From the NCBI RefSeq assembly GCF_013122565.1, contig NZ_CP053258.1: a stretch of DNA of 64,000 bases, one strand, 5' to 3'. The notes beneath the pieces were generated by a model. It worked only from the letters and a program-made list of their open reading frames with translations. It did no database searches and was not told where the DNA came from. The stretch is from Escherichia coli. GTDB lineage: Bacteria > Pseudomonadota > Gammaproteobacteria > Enterobacterales > Enterobacteriaceae. The position numbers and the translations under genes are program-made. Below are positions 40,451-50,539 of the stretch, one piece after another (positions within the stretch are counted from its first letter, which is position 1; every line of letters starts with the position of its first letter).

Positions 40451-42865
40451 GAGTTTAGCGATTTTCTGCGGATAGTTTTCCAGCGGATCTGCTGCTAAAA
40501 AGTCGGTAAGTGCAGTCATTACCTCAGGTTGTTGGTAACGGCTGGCAATTTTTTTCAGCAACGCGAGATGACCATTATTGGCCAGGTAGCGTAATGTCAT
40601 CCGGGCATCTTGTTGTTCTTTAACTGGTTTACTCAGCGCAATGGGCAGCAGCCCGGTAATGGCATGTTCCGGGTAGGTGGTGAGCCAATATTCAGCGACA
40701 TCTCGTACGGATTTTAACTGGCAAAATGCGCGGGCCATCAGCAGGGCAACTTCAGTGGAACCGAATTGAGCGGCGAGGGGAACCGCCTCCTTAGGGTTTA
40801 CCAGGGCATAACGCAACAGACCTGGTACCGTAGATAGACCAAATCGCTCAACCACTTTTTCAGCACCCACGAGGTGCATGTGTGAGAGTCCATTCCAGAT
40901 TGAGAGCGCTTTCTCTGCTGGTAGACGAGTGAGTATGGATACAGAAAAGGTAATAAAACCTTCATAATCATACTTTGGTCGGGTATTTAACAACGATTCA
41001 TAATCTTCCGTTTCCAGCAGACGAATGGCCGTTTTTGTTACGCCCCATTTAATATCAAATCTTTCTGGATCAGGATTATTCTCATCAAATGCTCCGCTTC
41101 TGAATCCCAGGCGGCGTAAGACTTCAGCAGTAGAAGGTATTTCTGCTTCGGGTTGTGGCTGAGGTTTGGGGCCAATGGACTCCAGAGGTAATACGGGTAA
41201 TGTAAATATCGTCGTGGCTGATTTATTCTTTTTCTTCAGCCAAATTGGATTAGTTAATATACCGGGTAACTCACAAGCATTGGCTATCTCTTCTTTAGCA
41301 TGCAATTGAGGGAAATAACTGAATAAAAGTTGTTTCTGTTCCTCACTCAACCAGGGCATTGTATTACGCAAGGTTTGAGCATTACCTAATACAATTTGTT
41401 CCATCAGGCGAGAATACCTCAGATTTTTAGCACTAAGCAAAGCTGCAGTAAGGGCATAAAGCGCCGATTCTGGGTACTTCGAAGCCGAAATTTCGACACC
41501 TATGGCACATTCCTCTTTGATAAACAACGTAACGACATCAGGATGGTTAATTTCCTGAAGTGCGTGTCTGACAGGATAACTATCGTTAACGCCCTCTTGC
41601 AGACGTGACAGCGCATTAAGACCTTGTTCACGCAGTAGGGTTTTAATACAACGCTTCGTCATATCGCCTCCCCATCCCGTTGTGAGTTCAAGTTGATGGA
41701 AATGCTTCAGCAGACACGTTGCTTGTGGGTCAGTTGTGACAAGGGAAAGCCACTCAATCTCTGGGTAATCATGCATAGGGGCAATTTCCAGGGCTATCTG
41801 ATTGGCAATATCTGGTTTTTCTGGTAGCAAAAAAGCAATTAATGGGCGTCTGCGGGCAGGCAGTGAAGGGAGAGCATCTATGAGTTTATTAGCACAGCGT
41901 TGCCAGGTTTCCTCATCTGTGTGCGAAAGGTGTTCTCGTAAACGTAACTCTATTTCGTCGCTGAATCCATATTTGTAGCGCATGTCGGAAATATCGTGGC
42001 TAAGGCTTACTACAGGTAGATAATAATTGTCTGCCATTTCCCCTCTTCTCAGCGCACTAAAAAGACTATTGTAATGAAGTTTTAAAGTGGCATTTTTTGT
42101 AGGATCGGTATTTGCGTCGTCAGTCATTTGTACATGCTGTATAGCGATAACTAACTCAGTGGCATACTCAAGGCCTCGCAGTTGCACTATGCTATCCAGC
42201 CATGTATGAGGGCGACCGGGGCAGCCGATAATTAATCTTGTTAGTGTCAATATGGCGTCGGAAAGCAACGATCCGTCTTGCTGTAATTTATGGATGCGCG
42301 AAATAGTTTCCTGTAACGCCAATTGCCATTCTGACTGGCATTGGCTGACATCGAGCTTTTGCAGACAGGCAAGGTAAAATGCTGCCCAATATGGGTACTT
42401 TTTTAGTTGCATCCAGAAGAAACCATCTTTATCAACAATGTCCAGAGGATCATTAATCAAGTGACGATGGCTAAACGGCGCGGGTTCATCATTGGCAAAA
42501 ATAACAATTGACTCACCGTCCTTCAGCCAGGGCGGCGTTTCCAACGTGGGCATCGCTTGTGGCTGTGCCGTTTCAGGCGTTGTGAAGTTTCCGGTTGGTA
42601 TTGCTAACTCTTGTACTGAAATTGTGCTTGATATCGGAGAATTTATGATGGTTTCTGGCGAACCATGCTTCACATATCCCTTCTTCATCTTCTCCGCAAT
42701 CAGCTTCAGTTCCGCTTTTTCCGCCGCTGCAGCATCTGCAAAGCTTTTTACCTGGCTTTGCCCGTTAGTACCGACTTTGCCCCAGGTAATATGCAGCTCG
42801 TTTCCCTGCTGCTCCACCGCCCAGAATTTATGTGATTTTTCATCCTGATAAATATAGGTTTTCAT
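39029..42865 (-). CDS. MolR-like giant protein, paralog 2 (1278 aa)
   Basis: Same WGR N-terminus; C-terminal about 470 aa near-identical to paralog 3; 12-nt gap to paralog 1. Confidence 0.8.
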   Translation of the reverse strand: MKTYIYQDEKSHKFWAVEQQGNELHITWGKVGTNGQSQVKSFADAAAAEKAELKLIAEKMKKGYVKHGSPETIINSPISSTISVQELAIPTGNFTTPETAQPQAMPTLETPPWLKDGESIVIFANDEPAPFSHRHLINDPLDIVDKDGFFWMQLKKYPYWAAFYLACLQKLDVSQCQSEWQLALQETISRIHKLQQDGSLLSDAILTLTRLIIGCPGRPHTWLDSIVQLRGLEYATELVIAIQHVQMTDDANTDPTKNATLKLHYNSLFSALRRGEMADNYYLPVVSLSHDISDMRYKYGFSDEIELRLREHLSHTDEETWQRCANKLIDALPSLPARRRPLIAFLLPEKPDIANQIALEIAPMHDYPEIEWLSLVTTDPQATCLLKHFHQLELTTGWGGDMTKRCIKTLLREQGLNALSRLQEGVNDSYPVRHALQEINHPDVVTLFIKEECAIGVEISASKYPESALYALTAALLSAKNLRYSRLMEQIVLGNAQTLRNTMPWLSEEQKQLLFSYFPQLHAKEEIANACELPGILTNPIWLKKKNKSATTIFTLPVLPLESIGPKPQPQPEAEIPSTAEVLRRLGFRSGAFDENNPDPERFDIKWGVTKTAIRLLETEDYESLLNTRPKYDYEGFITFSVSILTRLPAEKALSIWNGLSHMHLVGAEKVVERFGLSTVPGLLRYALVNPKEAVPLAAQFGSTEVALLMARAFCQLKSVRDVAEYWLTTYPEHAITGLLPIALSKPVKEQQDARMTLRYLANNGHLALLKKIASRYQQPEVMTALTDFLAADPLENYPQKIAKLPGWCSPEVWHRPLLRSNGKALSDSAILHLCTMLSFPREATLYPGITQVIEACTPQSLADFAWDLFLSWESASGSAKDNWAFTTLGILGNDDTARKLTPLIRAWPGESQHKRATVGLDILAAIGSDIALMQLNGIAQKLKFKALQDQARTKIAQIAESRQLTVAELEDRLAPDLGLDDNGSLLLDFGPRQFTVSFDESLKPFVRDTSGNRLKDLPKPNKSDDETLAEEAVNRYKLLKKDVRTVAAQQISRLEAAMCQRRRWTAEQFRLFLVEHPLVRHITQRLMWGIYDADNHLICCFRVAEDGSFSDGQDTPFTLAQGCIGIPHVLEIPAPQAAEFAQLFSDYELLPPFRQLDRPWSQLSDSEKNSNDLQRWAGRQAASWRVAGLMNKGWQRGDVLDGGGYYSFYKAVDDGYVELSVTPGFCVGLPVTEISDNQKIEHIQLYKLTPRKSVYPFSVLDDITASELINDIESLFD

Positions 42866-44300
42866 TGCAAATTCCTTTTAATCAAACAGTGATTCAATAT
42901 CGTTAATCAGCTCGCTGGCAGTGATGTCGTCGAGCACGGAGAAGGGATAAACCGATTTGCGCGGCGTCAGTTTGTACAACTGAATGTGCTCAATTTTTTG
43001 GTTATCGCTGATTTCGGTGACGGGCAATCCAACACAGAAGCCGGGTGTCACACTCAGTTCGACGTAGCCATCATCCACAGCTTTATAAAATGAGTAATAG
43101 CCGCCACCATCCAGAACATCGCCCCGTTGCCAGCCTTTATTCATCAGCCCGGCGACGCGCCCACTCGCTGCCTGGCGACCAGCCCAGCGCTGCAAATCGT
43201 TGCTGTTTTTTTCTGAATCAGAGAGCTGAGACCAGGGGCGATCAAGTTGACGGAACGGTGGCAGGAGTTCGTAGTCAGAGAACAGTTGGGCAAATTCAGC
43301 AGCCTGTGGGGCCGGGATTTCCAGCACATGCGGGATACCGATACAGCCCTGCGCAAGGGTTAACGGGTTATCGTGACCGTCGCTAAAACTGCCATCCTCC
43401 GCCACGCGAAAACAGCAAATAAGCTGATTATCAGCGTCATAAATGCCCCACATCAGACGTTGGGTGATATGACGAACCAGGGGATGCTCAACCAGAAACA
43501 GACGGAACTGTTCTGCAGTCCAGCGGCGACGCTGACACATGGCGGCTTCCAGACGCGAAATCTGTTGTGCAGCTACCGTGCGGACATCTTTTTTCAACAA
43601 CTTGTAGCGACTTACCGCTTCCTCAGCCAGAGTTTCATCATCGCTTTTGTTCGGTTTGGGCAGGTCTTTCAGACGGTTGCCGGAAGCATCGCGCACAAAC
43701 GGTTTTAAGGATTCATCAAAGCTGACGGTGAACTGGCGTGGGCCGAAATCCAGCAGCAGCGAACCGTTATCATCCAGACCGAGATCGGGCGCTAACCGGT
43801 CTTCCAGCTCTGCGACAGTGAGCTGGCGGCTTTCGGCAATCTGGGCGATTTTAACTCTTGCCTGATCCTGCAAGGCTTTAAATTTTAGCTTTTGCGCAAT
43901 GCCGTTAAGCTGCATAAGAGCGATATCGCTGCCGATAGCAGCAAGAATATCCAGCCCGACAGTGGCGCGTTTATGCTGGGATTCCCCTGGCCAGGCGCGG
44001 ATGAGCGGGGTGAGTTTGCGGGCGGTGTCATCGTTACCCAGAATCCCCAGCGCGGTAAATGCCCAGTTATCTTTAGCGGAGCCACTGGCAGATTCCCAAC
44101 TGAGGAAGAGATCCCAGGCGAAATCAGCAAGAGACTGCGGAGTACAGGCCTCGATTACCTGTGTAATCCCGGGGTAAAGGGTGGCTTCACGGGGGAAAGA
44201 GAGCATGGTGCACAAGTTCAGGATAGCTGAGTCAGGAAGTGCCTTGCCGTTACTGTGCAGAAGCGGGCGATGCCATACTTCTGGCGAACACCAGGTGGGG
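42866..44300. repeat. about 1.4 kb direct repeat (copy B) spanning the 3' part of paralog 3
   Basis: See copy A. Confidence 0.8.
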
Positions 44301-46618
44301 AGTTTGGCGATTTTCTGCGGAAAATTATCGAGTGGGTCGCAGTTAAGGACATCTAACAAACCTGTAAGCACTTCTGGCTGATTATAGCGGTGGGCAATTT
44401 GTTCCATTAACGGCTGATGCCCATGATGAGCCAAATAGCGTATTGCCATCACAGCATCCTCACGTTCACTGCCCGGTTTGCCGAGTACAGCAGGTAATAG
44501 ACCTGTAATAGCATGTTCCGGATAGGTTAATAACCAACGCTGTGCGACGTCACGTACAGATTTTAGCTGACGAAAAGCGCGTGCCATTAATAGCGCCACG
44601 TCGGTTGTACCAAAACGTGCGGCTAAAGGAATGGCTTCCTGAGGTACGACTAAGGCGTGACGCAGCAAGCCGGGTAATGTGGGAAGACCGTAATAGTCCA
44701 CTACTTCGCATGCGTTAATCAGATGTAGGTGAGTCAGTGCGTTCCATATTTTCAGTGCTTTATTTTCTGTTAGCTGAAGCAATACAGACACATTGACAAG
44801 GATATGACTTGCCCACCGAGGTTTATCCCAGATCTTTAATAAAGCTTCGTAATTGTCTTGCTCGAAAAAATCAATGGCAGCCTGAGGTATACCCCAACCA
44901 AGCTCTTCGCAATGGAAGTTCAACAAATCCAGGATATCTTTCGCTGATGGGGATGGCGCAGATGGCTCAGTCAGATTTTTTGTTGCGGGGATAGATTCCA
45001 GGGGGGAAAGAGGTAATACCCGGAGAGTGAGGTTGATACCAGCAACCTTTTTCTTTTTTTTCACCCATGAAGGGGCGATCAATATACTAGGTAACTCATT
45101 CTGATGAGCAATTTTTTCGCTGGACATAAGCTGAGGAAAATAACTAAATAAAATTTGTTGCTGTTTTTCGTCAAGGCAGGGTAGCGTTTTATGTAAGGCT
45201 TGCGCATTACCCAAGATGATGCGCTCCAGTAAACGATAATAGCGCGGGTTATTTGTGTGATTTAAGGCTTTTGTTAATGCATAAAGTGCAGCTTCTGGAT
45301 GTAAATTTGTTGCGCATTCCACTTCACTGATACATTCTTCTTTTATTAATATATTAATGGCGTCAGGATGATTAACTTGTGTAATTAGATTTTTAACTGA
45401 ATAACTATCCTTTATCCAACGCTGAAGAAGCGGAAGAGCTTTTACCCCTCGTTCGCGCAGTAATGTCGCAGTGCATTTTTCAGCCATCTGCCAGTCGTTA
45501 TAGCGCTTAAGTTGGTTAAGATTCATTAATTCATTGAGTGCCTGCGCATCTGTGGCAACGATATCCAACCATTCCATTTCTGGGTAATTAACACATTGCA
45601 CTAAATCAAGGACAATTTGATTAGCAATTTCAGGTTGTTCAGGCAAAAGAAAACCAATTAAAGGACGTTTACGTGGAGACAGGAAAGGCAACGCTTGAGT
45701 AAGCTTTTTCATGCACCGTTGCCATGTTTTTTCATCAGTGCGCGAGAGATGATTTCGCAAGTGAAAATCTACAGTGCTGAAGCCGAACTCAAAACGTTGT
45801 TCTGATATTGTGTTACTGAGAATAAGCGTTGGTACGGAATTATTTGTAAAAAAATTGTATTCCATGCGAACATACAAAAGGCATTTATTTAATGCATCAC
45901 AATTTCCTGGATCTTGATTTTGATCATCAGATATCTGAATTTGCTGCAATAGCAAGACTAATTCGGTCGCGTATTCTACCCCATGTTGTTGCACCAGATA
46001 ATCAAAAAGATCATTGACACTATCGCTATTTTGCATAAGTAACTTGACCAGCAAAAAGAATGCATCGGAGAAAATAGAACCGTCTATATTTTTCTGCTGA
46101 ACGCGCATGATTGCTTCATCCCGGCCTCGTTGCCATTCCGGGCGGCAGTCACTCACATCAAAATGCTGTAATTGTGCAAGAAAATAGTATTCCTCATATT
46201 TGTTTTCCCATAAGAATGACCATAACGAGATATCTTTAGCAAACGTGCTGACACTGTCTGCTGGGAATTTCCTACTGCTAAATACTCTCTTCGTTTCGAG
46301 AATAATTGGTTCAATGTCTGCAATCCACGGTGGTGTGTCGACATCAGTAATAATTGGATGTTGTTCGCTATCATCATCTGTGGTGGGAACAGCAATCAGC
46401 ATGTTTATATCGTCAGTCGATTTTACATACCCCTTCTTCACCTTCTCCGCAATCAGCTTCAGTTCCGCTTTTTCCGCCGTTGCAGCATCTGCAAAGCTTT
46501 TTACCTGACTTTGCCCGTTAGTGCCGACTTTGCCCCAGTTGATATGCAGCTCGTTGTCTTGCTGCTCAACCGCCCAGAATTTATGTGATTTTTCGTCCTG
46601 ATAGATATAGGTTTTCAT
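42878..46618 (-). CDS. MolR-like giant protein, paralog 3 (1246 aa)
   Basis: WGR N-terminus; divergent, AT-rich N-terminal/central coding region; C-terminus near-identical to paralog 2. Confidence 0.8.
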   Translation of the reverse strand: MKTYIYQDEKSHKFWAVEQQDNELHINWGKVGTNGQSQVKSFADAATAEKAELKLIAEKVKKGYVKSTDDINMLIAVPTTDDDSEQHPIITDVDTPPWIADIEPIILETKRVFSSRKFPADSVSTFAKDISLWSFLWENKYEEYYFLAQLQHFDVSDCRPEWQRGRDEAIMRVQQKNIDGSIFSDAFFLLVKLLMQNSDSVNDLFDYLVQQHGVEYATELVLLLQQIQISDDQNQDPGNCDALNKCLLYVRMEYNFFTNNSVPTLILSNTISEQRFEFGFSTVDFHLRNHLSRTDEKTWQRCMKKLTQALPFLSPRKRPLIGFLLPEQPEIANQIVLDLVQCVNYPEMEWLDIVATDAQALNELMNLNQLKRYNDWQMAEKCTATLLRERGVKALPLLQRWIKDSYSVKNLITQVNHPDAINILIKEECISEVECATNLHPEAALYALTKALNHTNNPRYYRLLERIILGNAQALHKTLPCLDEKQQQILFSYFPQLMSSEKIAHQNELPSILIAPSWVKKKKKVAGINLTLRVLPLSPLESIPATKNLTEPSAPSPSAKDILDLLNFHCEELGWGIPQAAIDFFEQDNYEALLKIWDKPRWASHILVNVSVLLQLTENKALKIWNALTHLHLINACEVVDYYGLPTLPGLLRHALVVPQEAIPLAARFGTTDVALLMARAFRQLKSVRDVAQRWLLTYPEHAITGLLPAVLGKPGSEREDAVMAIRYLAHHGHQPLMEQIAHRYNQPEVLTGLLDVLNCDPLDNFPQKIAKLPTWCSPEVWHRPLLHSNGKALPDSAILNLCTMLSFPREATLYPGITQVIEACTPQSLADFAWDLFLSWESASGSAKDNWAFTALGILGNDDTARKLTPLIRAWPGESQHKRATVGLDILAAIGSDIALMQLNGIAQKLKFKALQDQARVKIAQIAESRQLTVAELEDRLAPDLGLDDNGSLLLDFGPRQFTVSFDESLKPFVRDASGNRLKDLPKPNKSDDETLAEEAVSRYKLLKKDVRTVAAQQISRLEAAMCQRRRWTAEQFRLFLVEHPLVRHITQRLMWGIYDADNQLICCFRVAEDGSFSDGHDNPLTLAQGCIGIPHVLEIPAPQAAEFAQLFSDYELLPPFRQLDRPWSQLSDSEKNSNDLQRWAGRQAASGRVAGLMNKGWQRGDVLDGGGYYSFYKAVDDGYVELSVTPGFCVGLPVTEISDNQKIEHIQLYKLTPRKSVYPFSVLDDITASELINDIESLFD

Positions 46619-46630
46619 TGCTAAATCCTT

Positions 46631-49600
46631 TTAATCAAACAGTGATTCGATGTCGTTAATCAGCTCGCTGGCGGTGATGTCGTTGAGCACGGAGAAAGTG
46701 GGTGAGGATTGTTTACCATAGCGATCATAAGGGGCGGTGATTTTTACGCTTTCGACAGGCAGCAGGTCGCTATACCCCGTTTCGCCATAAATTAATGAAA
46801 AAGGTTCTGTTTCAAGTTCGAGAGCGCCATAAGGGGTAGATTTGCGCATCGCATAGATGCTGCCGCTTTCTTCCAGACGTTGCCAGCCTCTGCGTTCCAG
46901 CCCGACAATGCGTCCGGCCTGGCAGAGACGTCCGTTCCAGCGTGACAATTCATGGGCATCACGCTCGTTATCCGCAAGGTGGTAACTACCACGATCGAGC
47001 TGTTGGAAAGGGGGAAGCAGTTCGTAATCAATGTATATTTGCCTGAATGCAGCGGCGGATTCAGGGGGGATTTCCAGCACATGCGGAATACCGATGTTTC
47101 CTGCTGGCAGCGTGAATAGCTCATCCTGCGCATCGCTGTAAGTGCTGTCTTCTGCCACACGAAAACAGGTGATAAGGGCGTTTTCATCGTTATAAACCCC
47201 CCATAACAGCCGTCGGGTTAAGTGACGTACCAGCGGATGCTCCACCAGAAACAGGCGGAACTGCTCTGCCGTCCAGCGTCTGCGCTGGCACATAGCCTGC
47301 TCCAGACGATCAATCTGCTGGCTGGCAATGGCGCGCACATCTTTCTTCAATTGTTTAAAGAGGTTAACGGCGTCAGTTGCCAGTGTTTGATCATCGCTCT
47401 GGTTTGGTTTGGGTAAATCTTTCAGGACTTTGCCGTTTGCGTCGCGAACCACGGGTTTCAAGGTTTCGTTAAAACCAACGGTGAATTGACGTGGGCCGAA
47501 ATCAAGTGTCAGCGAGCCATTGCTATCAAGCCCTAAATCTGGAGCCAGGCGGTCTTCCAGTTCAGCCATAGTCAGCCCACGGTTTTCAGCAACTATGTTG
47601 ATTTTCTCGCGGGCATGTTCCTGTAATGCTTTGAATTTAATTTTTCGCGCGATGCCATTAAGCAGCATTAGCGCAACATCGCTGCCAATATCAGCTAATA
47701 CATCCAGCCCGGACACCGCCCGTTTATGCTGGGATTCCCCAGGCCAGGCGCGGATGAGCGGAGTTAATTTACGCGCGGTGTCGTCATTGCCTAAAATCCC
47801 AAGCGAAGTAAATGCCCAGTTTTCTTTTGCTGGGGCACCAGCTTCTGTCCAGGCGGTATACAGATCCCAGCCAAAGTCAGCCAGTGATTCGCGGGTGAAG
47901 GTTTCTCTAATGATATCCAGCCCAGCGTAGGCGGTAATGTCGCGTGGAAAGCTCAACATTGTGCCGAGGTGGCGCATAGCGTCATCTGGCAGAGGCAGGT
48001 TGTTACTTTTAAGCCGAGGTCTGTGCCATAAGGTGAACTGATAAAAGCCGGGCAGTGGGGCGATTTTTGCAGGATATTCTTCCAGTGGGTCGCTATCAAA
48101 TAATGTTGCCAGCGCAGCTAAAACATCAGGTTGATTATATCCTTGGGCGATTTCCTCAATCGTTTCTCGCTGGTTTAAATTCACCAGCAGGCGGAGCGCC
48201 TGGCGGGCACAATCACGATCTTTTCCTTTTTTGCCCAGGGCCACAGGAAGTAGCCCGGCGGCGGCATGGCGCGGATAATCAGTTAGCCAGTTTCGCGCAT
48301 CTTCATAAGACATTTTTTTCTGTAATTGTTGCGCCATCGGTAAGGCCAGTTCACTGACACCGAGGAAAAAGGGGAAGAAGCACAGGCGTCGTGGATCACG
48401 TTGCAGGCAGGTCATAAATGCAGGTATGGCGGCGCTACCAAAAAGTGCCAGAATATTTCCCTCACCAGAGTAGTTATCTTCTTTGACTATCTGGTTAAGA
48501 AAAGAAATGGCCTGTTGACCAGGCAGGTAACAGAGGGCAATAAGATTCCAGCTTTTGTATGCATTGTTATGGTATTGCACAAATTCAGCATTCAATGCTG
48601 GAAAATCGAAGCGTAGCAGGGCATCAACGGCACTTTGTGGCGCCGGAATTTTTTCGTATATTTTTTCTCCGCTCTCCCGCCATTTTTCAAAACCAAGATG
48701 CCACAGTATTTGTTGCTCCGGTGTAAGCGGTATTAAGTGTTTCTCCCAGCTTGCTTTTTTCATCGGTGCCAGGTCGGTAAACAATGTTTGTTTTGTCGCC
48801 TGCTGTTGGGCTATTTGCTGGAAGCGGGTGATAAGGTAAGTACGGGTCAGTTTTTTGGCAATCTCTGGAGTGATATCCGAAACAGAAGGAACTGGGAGCA
48901 CAGGAAGATCAAACACCGGCGTATTTTTCTTTTTCTCTTTGGTCATCCAGGGAGGCGAAACAAACAGCTCTGGCAACATATCCGCAGTGGCATATTCACA
49001 TTCTTCAGCGACTGACTGCGGACGACATTCAGATAAGATGCCAGCGGCTTTGGCATTAACCCAGGGAATGACGTCGCATACTAACTCTGGCGTGATGGTA
49101 ATCAGTTTGATAAGTGCGTTACGCCACTGTGCATCTTCATGTATTGCCAGCAAAGTAGCATAAGCGGCAAGAGCCGCAGCGGGATGTTTTTGACAGGCTT
49201 TGCTTAAGTATTCCAGGTGCTTTTTCTTGCCAATCACACCGAGGATCAGAATTTGAATCGCATCCGGGTGATTCGTTTTCCATAGCCATTTGACAAGATT
49301 TTCAGTCTCGCTGTTGCGCTCGAAAAGATAAGTGGGATTGTCAGAATGCTCTTCCGTAAACTCAAGAAGGATCTGGCTTACACCCCGAATTCCATTATTC
49401 GCCAGCAACATTGCCAGATAAGCGCGAAAATTACGAAAATCACGATACAACGGTGGGAAGTCGTATTTTTCCACTGTACTAAGAGCAGTATCATCGGTTA
49501 TCACCAGTCTTAACCAGGTCATCGCCGGAACGTTTTGGTCTGCATAGCGTAGAGCCATAGCATTGGCAATATCCGGGCGTTCAGGGAGCAGTAACGCCGC

Positions 49601-50437
49601 AAAAGGTTGCCGTGCTGGAGATAGCGAGGGAATAGCCGCGAGTACTTTATCTACACAGCGTTGCCACTCATCTTCTGAAGCGAGTGAAAGATGATGACAT
49701 AGACGTTGATGCCAACTAGGTAGCGATTCTGCTTCGTGATTAGGTGGAATGATGGTGGTTACTGCGCCTTTTACTGGTTTATATCTAAGTTGAATAGCGA
49801 GAAGGGCAATTTCAACGGCGCTTTCCAGACCACAGCGAATGACTAAGTCATCGACCAGTTCATCTGCAGAGTAAGAGTTCCAGAAACTCCAGAGCAATGC
49901 TGCATCAGATTGCGCACTCCCTGTCTGTTGATTACCCTGAACTCGCATTTGTAACTCAGCAAAAGCATGCTGCCAGTTTTCTGGATAAGAACGGTAATTG
50001 TTGTCGGGATCATATGCCCTGGTGTTATCTGCAATACGCTTCCATATCTCACCGTCTTTGCGCAGATAATTGATCTCTCTGGGGCGAGAGCGATGAGGGA
50101 AAGCAAATCGATTAATATCGTCAGTTACCGGAATGACTGCATCATCAGCCAGCCATGGGCGTTTGTTTTTACTCTCAAGGGAAGTTTCAACTTCAGGAGT
50201 GGCTTTGGTGCTGGAGATATGCACGTTTGCTGAAGCATCTTCCACATAGCCTTTTTTCGTTTTCTCTGCGATAAGCTTTAGTTCCGCTTTTGCCGCTGCC
50301 GCAGCATCCGCAAAACTTTTTACCTGGCTTTGCCCTTGGGTGCCAACTTTTCCCCAACTGATATGCAACTCGTTTCCCTGTTGCTCCACCGCCCAGAATT
50401 TATGTGATTTTTCGTCCTGATAGATAAAGCGTCTCAT
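46631..50437 (-). CDS. MolR-like giant protein, paralog 4 (1268 aa)
   Basis: N-terminus MRRFIYQDEKSHKFWAVEQQGNELHISWGKVGTQGQ (WGR); most divergent of the four but retains conserved blocks (TARKLTPLIRAWPGESQHKRA, DYELLPPFQQLDR). Confidence 0.8.
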   Translation of the reverse strand: MRRFIYQDEKSHKFWAVEQQGNELHISWGKVGTQGQSQVKSFADAAAAAKAELKLIAEKTKKGYVEDASANVHISSTKATPEVETSLESKNKRPWLADDAVIPVTDDINRFAFPHRSRPREINYLRKDGEIWKRIADNTRAYDPDNNYRSYPENWQHAFAELQMRVQGNQQTGSAQSDAALLWSFWNSYSADELVDDLVIRCGLESAVEIALLAIQLRYKPVKGAVTTIIPPNHEAESLPSWHQRLCHHLSLASEDEWQRCVDKVLAAIPSLSPARQPFAALLLPERPDIANAMALRYADQNVPAMTWLRLVITDDTALSTVEKYDFPPLYRDFRNFRAYLAMLLANNGIRGVSQILLEFTEEHSDNPTYLFERNSETENLVKWLWKTNHPDAIQILILGVIGKKKHLEYLSKACQKHPAAALAAYATLLAIHEDAQWRNALIKLITITPELVCDVIPWVNAKAAGILSECRPQSVAEECEYATADMLPELFVSPPWMTKEKKKNTPVFDLPVLPVPSVSDITPEIAKKLTRTYLITRFQQIAQQQATKQTLFTDLAPMKKASWEKHLIPLTPEQQILWHLGFEKWRESGEKIYEKIPAPQSAVDALLRFDFPALNAEFVQYHNNAYKSWNLIALCYLPGQQAISFLNQIVKEDNYSGEGNILALFGSAAIPAFMTCLQRDPRRLCFFPFFLGVSELALPMAQQLQKKMSYEDARNWLTDYPRHAAAGLLPVALGKKGKDRDCARQALRLLVNLNQRETIEEIAQGYNQPDVLAALATLFDSDPLEEYPAKIAPLPGFYQFTLWHRPRLKSNNLPLPDDAMRHLGTMLSFPRDITAYAGLDIIRETFTRESLADFGWDLYTAWTEAGAPAKENWAFTSLGILGNDDTARKLTPLIRAWPGESQHKRAVSGLDVLADIGSDVALMLLNGIARKIKFKALQEHAREKINIVAENRGLTMAELEDRLAPDLGLDSNGSLTLDFGPRQFTVGFNETLKPVVRDANGKVLKDLPKPNQSDDQTLATDAVNLFKQLKKDVRAIASQQIDRLEQAMCQRRRWTAEQFRLFLVEHPLVRHLTRRLLWGVYNDENALITCFRVAEDSTYSDAQDELFTLPAGNIGIPHVLEIPPESAAAFRQIYIDYELLPPFQQLDRGSYHLADNERDAHELSRWNGRLCQAGRIVGLERRGWQRLEESGSIYAMRKSTPYGALELETEPFSLIYGETGYSDLLPVESVKITAPYDRYGKQSSPTFSVLNDITASELINDIESLFD

Positions 50438-50539
50438 TCTGCATCCCTGTAATTTTATCCAGTTGAATGCAGATGCTACCAGTATTTATGCGGGTTAGAG
50501 AGAGACAAAATCGCAAGAAAACAACTTTAGGAATTTATA

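Noticed and set aside
35258-50437. Possibility that the four-copy array is a mobile element or IS-mediated duplication
   Set aside because: No transposase, integrase, inverted terminal repeats or target-site duplications are visible at the array boundaries or junctions; the junctions are simple 12-13 nt spacers.
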